64,000 nt of DNA from Candidatus Moraniibacteriota bacterium (GTDB lineage: Bacteria > Patescibacteriota > Minisyncoccia > Moranbacterales > UBA2206), in assembly GCA_030645735.1 (NCBI GenBank), contig JAUSNP010000006.1, positions 132,095 to 196,094 on the forward strand. The letters run 5' to 3'. The translations under genes were made by a program, and so were the position numbers. Of this stretch, positions 18,999 to 29,168 are shown piece by piece. The notes under the pieces were generated by a model. It made no database searches. It was not told the origin of the DNA and saw only the letters and a program-made list of their open reading frames with translations. Within the stretch, counting starts at the first letter, position 1, and each line of letters opens with the position of its first letter.

Positions 18999-19352
18999 AT
19001 GGCGCATCGTAAAGCTGGTGGTTCTACCCAGCTGGGCCGAGATTCAATCTCGAAACGGCTCGGCGTAAAAATCTTTGGAGATCAAAAAGTTCAAGCTGGC
19101 AACATCATTATCCGACAAAGAGGTTCCAAATGGAGACCCGGAAAAAATGTTCGTCGCGGTGAAGATGACACTCTTTATTCAGTAATCGATGGAATGGTAA
19201 AATTCACTAAAAAGAAAGTTATTACTTTCACTGGCAAGCTAGAAGAAAAAAGATTTGTTTCAGTGGTGGAAGCTGTAACTGTTGAAAGAAAAGTTAGAGC
19301 TCCTCGCGCCAAAACAAAGGCTGGCAAAATTAGCAACGCAAAAAAGAAATAA
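18999..19352 (+). CDS. rpmA: 50S ribosomal protein L27 with basic C-terminal extension
   Basis: [29 protein letters not shown]. Confidence 0.98.
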   Translation: MAHRKAGGSTQLGRDSISKRLGVKIFGDQKVQAGNIIIRQRGSKWRPGKNVRRGEDDTLYSVIDGMVKFTKKKVITFTGKLEEKRFVSVVEAVTVERKVRAPRAKTKAGKISNAKKK

Positions 19353-19364
19353 GCTATCTTGCAT

Positions 19365-19399
19365 AAAAAAATCCTCTCATTTATTTGAGAGGATTTTTT
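19365..19399 (+). terminator. intrinsic terminator
   Basis: AAAAAATCCTCTCA...TGAGAGGATTTTTT. Confidence 0.85.
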
Positions 19400-19415
19400 G
19401 TTGTGTTATTGGGAA

Positions 19416-19473
19416 GCGGACAGTCCGCTCAACACTCAGACACCGAGTGTCCAACATTTGCGGACAGTCCGCC
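19416..19473. repeat. REP-like palindrome cluster (left flank of orphan)
   Basis: GCGGACAGTCCGC twice and AGACACCGAGTGTCC. Confidence 0.75.
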
Positions 19474-19497
19474 TATAATTGCAAAAAGTTATTTTTT

Positions 19498-20475
19498 TTA
19501 TTCTTCTTCCTTGTTAATATCTTTTGCGTCTCTTTCTGCTACAAATTTTTTTACCTCTTCATAACTCATTCTTTTTGGCCACCAAAGATTACCTTTAACA
19601 TCATACACAGGAACCAATAAATCCGTAGAAAACATCATATCCACTATCTTGGTAACCATTTTCATAACATCTTCTGGGTCATCACTAATATTTAAAGTAT
19701 AGAGATCCTCCTTATTTATATAATTAGGATAGACATAGTCATACATATTTTCTGGAATTTTTGGTATTTTATCTTTTAAAATATTGGCAATAAAATGTTT
19801 TCTCTTCTCTTCAATATTATTTTTTTCGTGGCATCGAAAAATTATTCCGGTTAAAAGTTTTGGACTTATGCGTGGAAAAAGAGAAAATCCAAATTCTGCA
19901 AGATCACAATTTTCAAAAGGTTTGCCATCATTGTTAGAGTATGTACGTAATTGCAGGGAGTCAGACCCAAACTTGCTCCTGTCTAACTCTTGAAATTTAT
20001 CAAGGTCAAATATAATGCCCATTTGGTCACCACCACCCAACCTGTCTTTTCCAAAAGAACCTGTACGCATCAATCTGGGATATTTACCTTTTTCAACCTC
20101 ATCATTTGATCTCCCAACAATATTAAAACATTGACTTATACCTCCTCCTTTACCATGTATTGAATCTCTTTGAATTTTTGCCCATTCATTTTTTTCAACT
20201 TGCCCTCTTCCGTTTTGTTTGCCGAGAGATCCGTTTATTAGAACATCTTTAAGATGGGTGTACGGGAGTTTTTTCTCGAGCCATTCTTCATGAGTTTTTC
20301 CAGTTAGTGCTCTATACGCTATCCCATCTCTATCAATATCTTGCACCTTTGCCATAATCTGCTCAATTTGCTCCGGTGAAAGTTCTTGTTCTAAATTTTG
20401 AACAATCTCGGTTTCTTCAATATGTTCTATTGGCATTGGTTTTGGAACCTCAGTTGGCATTTGATCAAATTTCAT
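19498..20475 (-). CDS. hypothetical protein, possible ADP-ribosyltransferase-like fold
   Basis: Long ORF; start taken at ATG 20475 (MKFDQ) because the upstream extension runs through REPs; the fold is a guess. Confidence 0.7.
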   Translation of the reverse strand: MKFDQMPTEVPKPMPIEHIEETEIVQNLEQELSPEQIEQIMAKVQDIDRDGIAYRALTGKTHEEWLEKKLPYTHLKDVLINGSLGKQNGRGQVEKNEWAKIQRDSIHGKGGGISQCFNIVGRSNDEVEKGKYPRLMRTGSFGKDRLGGGDQMGIIFDLDKFQELDRSKFGSDSLQLRTYSNNDGKPFENCDLAEFGFSLFPRISPKLLTGIIFRCHEKNNIEEKRKHFIANILKDKIPKIPENMYDYVYPNYINKEDLYTLNISDDPEDVMKMVTKIVDMMFSTDLLVPVYDVKGNLWWPKRMSYEEVKKFVAERDAKDINKEEE

Positions 20476-20499
20476 AAAATAAAAAATAAAATTTATTTT

Positions 20500-20572
20500 G
20501 GCGGACAATCCGAAAGTGTTGGACACCAAGTGTCTCGAGTTTGTAATGACTATCGGACACTCGGTGTCTGAA
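20500..20572. repeat. REP-like palindrome cluster (right flank, inverted relative to left)
   Basis: GGCGGACAATCCG..TGTTGGACACCAAGTGTCT and GGACACTCGGTGTCTGA. Confidence 0.75.
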
Positions 20573-20598
20573 TTTTCAAATCTTGCATAAAAACTGAT

Positions 20599-21618
20599 TT
20601 AGTATTCTGCTAATATTTTCAAAATCTTTTCAGCTAGATTTGCAAATTCCTCTTTGGATTTTTCAATATTCTCCTTAGTGCCTTGATGAATTTCTTCTAT
20701 GCAATTTGGATCTAAATCAAAAATTGCCACTCCAATCTCCTGGCATTTTGCTGGGATGCGTCCATAATCTTGTATCTCAGCCAAGGAGCTTTTCCAACTT
20801 CTTTCAACCAATCCATTTCTTCCATGTCTTTCTGAAAGATAATTTTTAACTTTTTTCGGAATTTCTTCGATCCAACGGCGATGATCTTTGATAGGTTGTT
20901 TGCCATATACATTGTATGAATTTACAATATAACCAATAAATAGTCCGTCGCCTGAAAGTACGAATTTATTTTCGGTATCACCAGAAAGCGCTTTGCCCGT
21001 ATTTTTCCAATTATATTTCCATTTTTCAAATATACTGCCAAGATTTTCAATGCCCTGTACGCTAAAAGCATCCGGCATCATCGGCACTACGAAATAATCA
21101 GATCCAAGAAATACAACTTGATTGAGCAATGATAGGCTTGGCGATGAATCAATTACAAAAATATCTACTTCATCATTCAATCCTCTTTCGCGCAAAAAGC
21201 GATCAATGGCACTGGTTTGAAAGTATCCTAACTGTTGCCCAGCTGCTGCCTGTCCATAGGCCATAACTAATATATTTTCATACAATGAAAGATTGACACT
21301 GCCTTTCAGTAAAGAGAGATTGCCTTCGCTATTTGGAACTGGAATAAAAGGTACGCTCAAATCAATGTCGGCTCCACCCTCAATCACTCCTCGCAAAACA
21401 TCATAAATATCCTTTTCTGTTGAAGAAAATAATGTTTTCTCAAATTGATTATCGCCCATAGCCAAGCGAGAAAGATTGCATTGCGGATCAAGATCAACCA
21501 GCACAGTTTTATAACCAAGCTTCGCAAAAGACATTGCACAATTAAAAGCCAGTGTTGTCTTGCCGACTCCGCCTTTATTATTGGCAAATAGAAGTTTTTT
21601 TGTTCGAGTGAATTTCAT
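20599..21618 (-). CDS. stand-alone ParA/Soj-family ATPase
   Basis: NNKGGVGKTT, DLDPQCN, IDSSPSL; no parB nearby. Confidence 0.9.
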   Translation of the reverse strand: MKFTRTKKLLFANNKGGVGKTTLAFNCAMSFAKLGYKTVLVDLDPQCNLSRLAMGDNQFEKTLFSSTEKDIYDVLRGVIEGGADIDLSVPFIPVPNSEGNLSLLKGSVNLSLYENILVMAYGQAAAGQQLGYFQTSAIDRFLRERGLNDEVDIFVIDSSPSLSLLNQVVFLGSDYFVVPMMPDAFSVQGIENLGSIFEKWKYNWKNTGKALSGDTENKFVLSGDGLFIGYIVNSYNVYGKQPIKDHRRWIEEIPKKVKNYLSERHGRNGLVERSWKSSLAEIQDYGRIPAKCQEIGVAIFDLDPNCIEEIHQGTKENIEKSKEEFANLAEKILKILAEY

Positions 21619-21681
21619 AGATGCAGTATAGCACAAAAACACCAATATAGTTAATACACGCTAAAAAAACGCAATACGATA

Positions 21682-23322
21682 CTATTTCCTCTTCAAATCT
21701 TGTCCGGCTTTGATGAAAGCGTTGAAGAGTGGATGACCACTCAGCGGACTGGTTTTTAGTTCTGGATGGAATTGAGTGGCCAAGAAGAATGGATGCACAG
21801 CTGTTGGCAATTCAGTGATTTCCATCAATTTGCCATTTGGCGATTTGCCTGAGAAAACCAAGCCAGCTTTTTCCAATCGTTCAATGTAACTTGGATTGAC
21901 TTCCCAACGATGTCTATGTCGTTCAGAAATTTTTGTCGCTTTGTAGGCTTTGTTGGCCAAACTGCCTTTCTGCAAATTAGCTGGATAAGCACCCAAACGC
22001 ATAGTAGCTCCATAATTGCCATCTTCCAAATTCTTTTTCTGCTCCGGCATAATATCAATAACTGGATTTTTCGTTTTGCGATCCACTTCGGTAGTATTGG
22101 CATCTTTGAGACCCAAGACATTTCTAGAATATTCAATCACAGCCAATTGCATACCATAGCAAAGTCCAAAAAATGGAATTTTATTTTTACGTAAAAATTC
22201 AATCGCTACAATCTTGCCTTCAATTCCACGAGAACCAAATCCTCCAGGAATCACCACACCGTCATATTGTTTCAAGTCTTCCAATTTCTCAGGATTTTTT
22301 TCATATGTTTCAGAACTGATCCAATCAATTTGCGGCTTCACTTTGTTGTGATAACTAGCATGTTTCACCGCCTCAATCACACTGATGTAGGCATCAGACA
22401 AAACAAAATCACCAGTGCCAAAATATTTACCCACAATTCCAATTTTTGCCACACCTGTTGGATGTTTAATTTTTTCTACCAAGTCATACCACCTTTTCAA
22501 ATCAGTCGCCTTATATTTCAAGCCCAATTTTTTCAAAATCAACCGACTGAAATCATCACGTTCGAAATTGATTGGCACTTCATAAATGCTTTCAATATCT
22601 GGAGCAGAAATCACGTCGCGTTCCGGAATATTACAAAACATCGCGATTTTTTCTTTTCTTCTCTGGTCAAGATATGTCTCGGAACGAGCAATGATAAAGT
22701 CAGGCTGGATGCCTGCCCCATTTAATGTGCGCACAGCATATTGAGTTGGTTTGGTTTTCATTTCCCCAACCTTGGAAGGAATTGGCAAATAACTAACCAT
22801 CACCGTAATGATATCATCGGGATATTTGATTTTCATCATGCGAGCTGCTTCCAAGAAAAGAATATTTTGATATTCACCAACTGTACCACCAACCTCAATC
22901 AAAGTGATATCTGACTTGGCTTTTTCAGAAGCCCTCTCAATGCGATCAATCACTTCCATCGGAATGTGAGGCACGACCTCCACGCACTTACCTTTATATT
23001 CCAAATTTCTTTCTTTATGAATAACCGTCTCATAGACACTGCCAGTGGTCATATAATTTTCTGATGGCAAAGTCAACTCCATGAAACGCTCATAATTTCC
23101 CATGTCTTGATCAGTCTCCAAGCCAGAATCTAACACGAAAGTCTCGCCATGTTCCGTTGGGTTCATCGTGCCAGCATCAACATTGATGTATGGATCAATC
23201 TTTAAAGCTGTCACCGCAAAACCACGAGCTTTTAGAATCGCTCCGATTGACGAAGTTGTAATTCCTTTCCCCACCCCACTCATCACTCCCCCAACCACGA
23301 AAATGTACTTTCGGTTTTTCAT
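21682..23322 (-). CDS. pyrG: CTP synthase
   Basis: GGVMSGVGKG, KTKPTQ, GLCYGMQ, QFHPE. Confidence 0.98.
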   Translation of the reverse strand: MKNRKYIFVVGGVMSGVGKGITTSSIGAILKARGFAVTALKIDPYINVDAGTMNPTEHGETFVLDSGLETDQDMGNYERFMELTLPSENYMTTGSVYETVIHKERNLEYKGKCVEVVPHIPMEVIDRIERASEKAKSDITLIEVGGTVGEYQNILFLEAARMMKIKYPDDIITVMVSYLPIPSKVGEMKTKPTQYAVRTLNGAGIQPDFIIARSETYLDQRRKEKIAMFCNIPERDVISAPDIESIYEVPINFERDDFSRLILKKLGLKYKATDLKRWYDLVEKIKHPTGVAKIGIVGKYFGTGDFVLSDAYISVIEAVKHASYHNKVKPQIDWISSETYEKNPEKLEDLKQYDGVVIPGGFGSRGIEGKIVAIEFLRKNKIPFFGLCYGMQLAVIEYSRNVLGLKDANTTEVDRKTKNPVIDIMPEQKKNLEDGNYGATMRLGAYPANLQKGSLANKAYKATKISERHRHRWEVNPSYIERLEKAGLVFSGKSPNGKLMEITELPTAVHPFFLATQFHPELKTSPLSGHPLFNAFIKAGQDLKRK

Positions 23323-23457
23323 AATTTTTTAGAAATATAATTTAAATTTGTTTATTTTTTTACAAACGAAAAAGTCGCCTCCCCTGCGACTTCATATAAT
23401 ATTTTTAAATCATGCTTGCCAACAGGCAAACAGCCTAAAATTTCTTTACAAAAAACT

Positions 23458-23901
23458 TTAACTTGCGCTCTCCACCAAAACGGCAACCGTTGTTTCTATC
23501 CCATGATCCAACTCAATTTTCACTTCATATTCACCTAGTTCCTTGATAGGGTTTTCTAACACGACTGATTTTTCGGGCAGGATAATATTTTCTTTTTTCA
23601 ATTCTTTCAAAATATCTTTCACATGCACGGCGCCAAAAAGTTTGCCGTCTTTTTCTTTGACTAAAAGCGTCACGCTTTTCCCATCCAATTGATCAGCCAA
23701 CTCTTGAGTTTTTTCCAAATCCAATTGTTCTTTTTCTTTTTGTTTGCTTTTAATGACTTCGATTTTTTTCACGCCTGATCCCGTGGCAATCTCCGCTAGT
23801 TTTTTCACGAACAAAAAATTCCGCGCATACCCTTCGGACACTTCTTTGATATCGCCTCTCTTGCCGAGACCCTTCACATCTTGCAGTAGGATTATTTTCA
23901 T
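23458..23901 (-). CDS. rplI: 50S ribosomal protein L9
   Basis: MKIILLQDVKGLGKRGDIKEVSEGYARNFL; true start ATG 23901. Confidence 0.97.
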   Translation of the reverse strand: MKIILLQDVKGLGKRGDIKEVSEGYARNFLFVKKLAEIATGSGVKKIEVIKSKQKEKEQLDLEKTQELADQLDGKSVTLLVKEKDGKLFGAVHVKDILKELKKENIILPEKSVVLENPIKELGEYEVKIELDHGIETTVAVLVESAS

Positions 23902-23958
23902 AGATTTGATCTTATCTCTAACTTCTCTATTATAGCAAAAATTTGGAGTGTGGCAAAT

Positions 23959-24123
23959 AAAAGAGCCGACCCATAAATACATGGAATCGGCTGGCACAAC
24001 TAAGCCCTGAGGGTAGCGAAATCAATTTATCTTTTTTATGCCGTCAGCCATGATAGCAGATAATTCGATTTATACTCGTTGGGTAGACGAGCGCTAATCC
24101 TGTACAAAGCTTAGTCATTGCGT
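23959..24123 (-). ncRNA. structured sRNA candidate with own promoter and terminator
   Basis: TTGACA (24153-58), 17 bp, TATTTT (24130-35); nested stems 23998-24116; terminator AGCCGA..TCGGCT followed by CTTTT. Confidence 0.6.
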
Positions 24124-24141
24124 ATTAAGAAAATACCGTAA

Positions 24142-25431
24142 TTAATTGGTTTTGTCAACAACACCCTTGATAATTTCCATTGCCTTGTCTAGCTGTGGAT
24201 CTTTTTCGTTTTTGAAATCTTCCAAGGTCAATTCAACTTCTGTGTCAGGCGTGATGCCTTTTTCCATGATGTAATCGCCATTCGGGGTCATCCATTTCGC
24301 CACTGTGACCTTGACGCTCGATTTGTTGGGCAAAGCGATGAGTTCCTGCACTGAACCCTTGCCAAATGATTTTTTGCCGATCAGTTGCACTCCACGATCA
24401 TCACGCAACGCACCAGCCAAAATTTCCGAAGCGCTAGCACTGCCTTCATTAATTAGAACCACCAACGGGATTGTGCTTAGTTTGTCGCCACCAGTGGTGT
24501 ATAAATTATCTTTTTTGCCAACCGCATCTTCCTCAATCACTACGATTTTTCCCTTAGGAATGAATCGACTCGCAATTTCAACTGATTTATCCAAAAACCC
24601 CCCAGGATTATTGCGCAGATCCAGAACGATTCCCTTGGAACCCTGTGCAATAATTTGATTCATCGCCAAGTCAAATTCCTTGGCAGTTTTTTCTCCAAAT
24701 TGATTTATTTTCAAATAGGCAATGCCGTTTTCTTTAAATTCAACTTTCACACTCTTCACCTCAATTGTGTCTCTAACAATCGTGATTTCTCTAGTCTCTT
24801 GATCACCCTTATGAAAAACTGTCAACTTCACCTCAGTGCCTTTCTTGCCACGAATCAAATCAACAGCAGAATCAATGGTCAAATCTTGCGTAGTTTTGTC
24901 GCCAATTTTAACAATCTTGTCGCCTGACATTAGTCCTGCCTTTTGTGCCGGCGAACCATCTAGTGGCGCAATGACCGTCAGAACATCATCCTTGATACCC
25001 AACTCCGCTCCAATGCCGTCAAAACTGCCTCCAATGTCTTGCGCAAATTCTTTGGTTTCCTTGGGATCAAAAAAAGTCGTGTATGGATCATCAGTGGCTT
25101 TGAGCATGCCTCTGATAGCGCCATAAACCAATTTTTGCGCATCTAGCGAGTCTTGGTTTACATATTTTTCACTAAGAGTGTCCCAAACTTTCCAAAAAAG
25201 CGCAAAATCCACACTGTCCTTGCCGGTGGAAAATTTGTTGGTCACAATTGTTGAGCCAATCGGATGAGTTTGATTTAGCACTAATTCATCGGCAGATTTT
25301 TTGCCACTAGCGTAGCCAACCCCAAAAGCTCCAACTAGGAGAAATAGGATTATAAAAAAAGAAAGGTATTTCGAAAAGATATTTTGATTTTTTTCTTCCG
25401 GATTTGTTTTTGGCGCTTGTTCGTCAATCAT
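24142..25431 (-). CDS. ctpA: S41 C-terminal processing peptidase
   Basis: DPYT, PDZ GIG, LDLRNNPGG, SASASEI, GKGSVQ. Confidence 0.93.
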   Translation of the reverse strand: MIDEQAPKTNPEEKNQNIFSKYLSFFIILFLLVGAFGVGYASGKKSADELVLNQTHPIGSTIVTNKFSTGKDSVDFALFWKVWDTLSEKYVNQDSLDAQKLVYGAIRGMLKATDDPYTTFFDPKETKEFAQDIGGSFDGIGAELGIKDDVLTVIAPLDGSPAQKAGLMSGDKIVKIGDKTTQDLTIDSAVDLIRGKKGTEVKLTVFHKGDQETREITIVRDTIEVKSVKVEFKENGIAYLKINQFGEKTAKEFDLAMNQIIAQGSKGIVLDLRNNPGGFLDKSVEIASRFIPKGKIVVIEEDAVGKKDNLYTTGGDKLSTIPLVVLINEGSASASEILAGALRDDRGVQLIGKKSFGKGSVQELIALPNKSSVKVTVAKWMTPNGDYIMEKGITPDTEVELTLEDFKNEKDPQLDKAMEIIKGVVDKTN

Positions 25432-25447
25432 TCAGTTTATTTTTTAT

Positions 25448-26257
25448 TTAATTGTGCTTGGGAATTTCTTTGCCTGAATATTTTAAGAAATATTTAATCG
25501 CGCTTGCGATGTGAATCCAGGTCAAGCGATTTGAAAGCAATGACTGAATAACACTCTTGCCAGCTGAGCCCCGACCATGATAGTGAAACATTTGCGACCC
25601 AGGGAAGTATATTACTTTTAACCCTTGCTCCCAAAATCGGCGACACCAGTCAGTGTCTTCAAAATATAATTTAAAACGATCATCCATCAGTCCGACTTTT
25701 TCCACTGCCACACGGCTAGTCATCAGCGCAGAACCCATTATCCAATCAACCTCCTTAACACTTTGATGATCAAAGTCTTTCATCAAAAATTTATCTAAGT
25801 GTTTTTTGGCAAAACTAAGCTTGCCTAATGGAGTTCGGCGATATACAATCGTCAATGGCGTATAGAACCTAAAGGTTGAGGGCTGGGATGTTTCATTGAA
25901 ATTCAGAAGTTGCGGTCCAGCAATACCGACATCTGGATTATTTTTGATGTAATCCAAAAGATTTTCAACTGAATCTTTTTTGACAATAATGTCGCCATTC
26001 AAAATCAAAATATATTTGCCCTTCGCAATTGCCAACCCATTATTGACTGTTAAGCTGAAACCGACATTTTCCTTGGCTGGCAAAAATTTGATCTCTGGAA
26101 AATATTCCTTCATCATCGTCTCGGTTCGCTCCTCCGTCTCACTATCTGAAACGATAATTTCATAATTAGACAGGCTAACATTTTGTGTTATCGATTCAAG
26201 GCAAGTCTTAAGAAGTTCTGGATTTTTATAGTGCGTAACGATGATAGAAAGTTCCAT
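25448..26257 (-). CDS. GT2 glycosyltransferase (WbbL-like)
   Basis: LSIIVTHY, ILNGD, DWIMGS, YFEDTDWCRR. Confidence 0.9.
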   Translation of the reverse strand: MELSIIVTHYKNPELLKTCLESITQNVSLSNYEIIVSDSETEERTETMMKEYFPEIKFLPAKENVGFSLTVNNGLAIAKGKYILILNGDIIVKKDSVENLLDYIKNNPDVGIAGPQLLNFNETSQPSTFRFYTPLTIVYRRTPLGKLSFAKKHLDKFLMKDFDHQSVKEVDWIMGSALMTSRVAVEKVGLMDDRFKLYFEDTDWCRRFWEQGLKVIYFPGSQMFHYHGRGSAGKSVIQSLLSNRLTWIHIASAIKYFLKYSGKEIPKHN

Positions 26258-26276
26258 TTTAGAATAATCTTAATGA

Positions 26277-27476
26277 TTATATTTTTGGTTTAATATCTGA
26301 TTGTGCTGGCATCGTGAAGATATTTTTAGCCATATCACGAATCTTGTCATAATTGTCGCCAATCGGCAATAAGATATAACCTGCGCCATTAGCCGGCGGA
26401 TTATATAAGAAGCCCTCTTCGGAATTTTCCAAAACTCTCTGATAGATTTGTGGGTTGTTCATTGTTAGATACAAGTCGTAGAATCGCTTCATTTCCCAAG
26501 CTTGCATATCAGTGCGGGTGTTGTCACCCAAGTCGTTCAAAATCTTATTCAATTTCGCAAAGTCAGTCAAAGTTCCAGCACTCAAAAGTTTGTCTTTGAT
26601 AGCTTGAATGATCAATTGTTGCCTTTTGGCTCTTTCAAAGTCGCTAGATGTTACACGAGAGCGGGAAAGGCACAAAGCTTGATCACCATTGAGCGTGACA
26701 TCGCCAGCTGGCAATGCAAAATCCCCACCACATTCCAATTCTTCTTTTTTAATTTCTTTGGCATAGCACAAAGGATAAACCTTTGGATTGGCATAGTAGG
26801 TTCCATTCTTTCTTTGAATTCTTTTGGTTTCCACATTGCCAGATGGCACAGTATAAGTAATGGCGTCACAGCGTTGTTCTAAACCGCGGAATTGCATCGT
26901 TTCAGAAAACGGCGCGTCCAAATGGAAAGTGATACCGCCAATATTATCTACCAATTTCTTGAAGCCCTCAAAATTAATACTAGCCGCATACGCCACATTG
27001 AGTCCGGTCACTTCGCTCAAGATTTTTTTCATATCCTGCATACCCTGCCCCTTACCTTTTTGTTCACCATAGGCATGCACGGCGTTGATTTTTTGTTGGT
27101 CTTGTGTTCCTGGCACAGTCACATACAAATCTCTCGGCACTGAAATCATCGAAATTTTATTGTCCACCGGTCGAATACTCACCACCATAATCGTATCAGC
27201 CAAAAGTCCGCCACCTGCGACGCCTTCACCACGCATACCCAAAAGCGCGATATTGACTTGCCCATCCTTCTCGCCTTCCAGTTCCTCTGACACTCCTGGC
27301 AATGAATGAATCAAACTAGAGAACATTCCGCCTTTGCCATCAGAAATCTTGTTCAAAAGACTCCCGGCCTTCCAAGCAAAAACGCCTCCACCAATAGCGA
27401 GGATTGCGATAATTATCATCGAAACCTTAACCCATCTTCTTTTGAAAAAACTAGGTTTGTAATTTGCCTCTAGCAT
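26277..27476 (-). CDS. LCP (LytR-CpsA-Psr) glycopolymer phosphotransferase
   Basis: TM, NIALLG, DTIMV, ISVPRD, KINA, SDFERAKRQQ. Confidence 0.93.
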   Translation of the reverse strand: MLEANYKPSFFKRRWVKVSMIIIAILAIGGGVFAWKAGSLLNKISDGKGGMFSSLIHSLPGVSEELEGEKDGQVNIALLGMRGEGVAGGGLLADTIMVVSIRPVDNKISMISVPRDLYVTVPGTQDQQKINAVHAYGEQKGKGQGMQDMKKILSEVTGLNVAYAASINFEGFKKLVDNIGGITFHLDAPFSETMQFRGLEQRCDAITYTVPSGNVETKRIQRKNGTYYANPKVYPLCYAKEIKKEELECGGDFALPAGDVTLNGDQALCLSRSRVTSSDFERAKRQQLIIQAIKDKLLSAGTLTDFAKLNKILNDLGDNTRTDMQAWEMKRFYDLYLTMNNPQIYQRVLENSEEGFLYNPPANGAGYILLPIGDNYDKIRDMAKNIFTMPAQSDIKPKI

Positions 27477-27611
27477 AACTTTTTTCTTTTTAAAATTAAT
27501 AATAAACCGTCTGCTTCATATATGGCAGACATAGTATATATTTTACTTTTGATTACGTTTGGTGTCAATCGATTCCAATCCCCATTCACTTTACCCTATA
27601 TTTCAAGCTTT

Positions 27612-27992
27612 TTATAGCATCTGACAAATTTGAACATCTTTTTGACTATCACTTGCGTATTCCAACAGAATGCCGAACTGACTGTTTGAATTATTAACAA
27701 CTGCGTGACCCAAATCAGATGGTATCACAAAAAGAATGTTTTTCCCCTCAGGATTCATCTTCTTAGTCATCCTCTTATTCCCATCCATCCAAATCAACTC
27801 AAGCTCTTCGCCGATTCCAACAAAAGCTTCTTGCCTTGGATGTTTGTGATTTCCGCCAAATTGTTTGGGTGGAATATTAACAACTGAAATGTCCTTGACT
27901 TCAAAAGGGATCTTAATACTGTTAATGTCTAAGATATACAAACCATTCTCCTTTTTATATCTTGGCTCAATAACGAATTCTTGAATTTTCAT
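27612..27992 (-). CDS. cupin-domain protein (WxcM/FdtA-like sugar isomerase)
   Basis: GGNHKH..E and IPSDLGHAV cupin motifs. Confidence 0.65.
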   Translation of the reverse strand: MKIQEFVIEPRYKKENGLYILDINSIKIPFEVKDISVVNIPPKQFGGNHKHPRQEAFVGIGEELELIWMDGNKRMTKKMNPEGKNILFVIPSDLGHAVVNNSNSQFGILLEYASDSQKDVQICQML

Positions 27993-28013
27993 GATTTGAA
28001 AAATTAATTCCTA

Positions 28014-29159
28014 CTATTTACTATTATTGTATATCTCCAACATCTTTTCTGCGGTCTGACGCCAAGAGAATTTGGCAGATTGGAGGAGCTCTTTTTGGGT
28101 CAGATCAAAGCGCAAGGCGTCGTCGGAGACAATGCGGGTGAGTTTTTGGGAGAAGTCGTCGGCGTTGGTCACATCGAATAGCAGTGCTGAGTCTTCGGTT
28201 ATTTCTAGGTGTGGTGGAATATCAGAGGCCAAAGTTGGCACGCCCAATGTCATAGCCTCCAAAATTGGGATGCCAAAACCTTCATACAAGGATGGAAAAC
28301 AAAAGACATGTGCCAATTTGAAAATCGCAGCCTTGTCTGCTTCATCAATGAAACCTGGCAACAGCACTTCGTCTTGCAATCCATAATTTTTGATGAATTC
28401 ATCAATGCGTGCGTCAAAGTTGTGTCCGCGACCACCAGCCAAAACCAATTTCAAATCTTTTCTTTTTTCCGTCGTGATTTTGATGAAGGCTTCAATCAAG
28501 GCTGGCAGATTTTTGCGTGGTTGCAAGGTGCCGATATATAGAATGAATTTTTGTGGCAAAGAATATTTTTGCCTAACTATTTCCAATTGCTCTGCTGAAA
28601 TATTCTCAGCGAAACCATCTGCCACGGCGTTGTGAATCCAGTCCAGCTTTTCATCTGGAATTTGATAGAACTTTTTTATCTCTGAAATAGTGAATTGTGA
28701 AACACCCACAATTTTGTCGGCGCGTTTCAAGCTCATTGGGATCAATTTGTCCAAAAAAAACAAATCAGATTTTTTAATCATCTGTGGGAAAACTTTAAAA
28801 GAGACATCATGCACAATTGTCACAATCTTGATATTCTTGGGAATGAAAAATGGCGTGATGTATTGCACCTGTAAGATGTCCACCAGATTGGCTTTCAAAT
28901 ATTTCGGCAGAATCCACGCGTTCCAAAAAAACTTATTGGTACCATTTTCGCATAAGCTAATCACTTTGAAATTTTCTGCCAGATTCAATCGCGCAATCTC
29001 CGTAGCTAATAACTCGTCGCTATTTGGATTTCTGTCAGTTAGTAGGAGATACTCGTTTTTCGTATCGAGCGTGGAAAGATTTTTAATTAGATTGAAAAAG
29101 ACGGCTTCTGAGCCAGTTTGTTTTCTACCAATCAACCTAATATCAAATGCTATTTTCAT
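28014..29159 (-). CDS. GT4 glycosyltransferase
   Basis: GTLQPRKN, FPSLYEGFGIPILEAM. Confidence 0.93.
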   Translation of the reverse strand: MKIAFDIRLIGRKQTGSEAVFFNLIKNLSTLDTKNEYLLLTDRNPNSDELLATEIARLNLAENFKVISLCENGTNKFFWNAWILPKYLKANLVDILQVQYITPFFIPKNIKIVTIVHDVSFKVFPQMIKKSDLFFLDKLIPMSLKRADKIVGVSQFTISEIKKFYQIPDEKLDWIHNAVADGFAENISAEQLEIVRQKYSLPQKFILYIGTLQPRKNLPALIEAFIKITTEKRKDLKLVLAGGRGHNFDARIDEFIKNYGLQDEVLLPGFIDEADKAAIFKLAHVFCFPSLYEGFGIPILEAMTLGVPTLASDIPPHLEITEDSALLFDVTNADDFSQKLTRIVSDDALRFDLTQKELLQSAKFSWRQTAEKMLEIYNNSK

Positions 29160-29168
29160 AAAATTTAC

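Noticed and set aside
23902-23997. N-terminal extension of L9 in the ORF track (likewise at 44037, 51420, 35518, 20529)
   Set aside because: Extensions run through terminators, promoters or neighbouring genes; downstream ATGs fit better.
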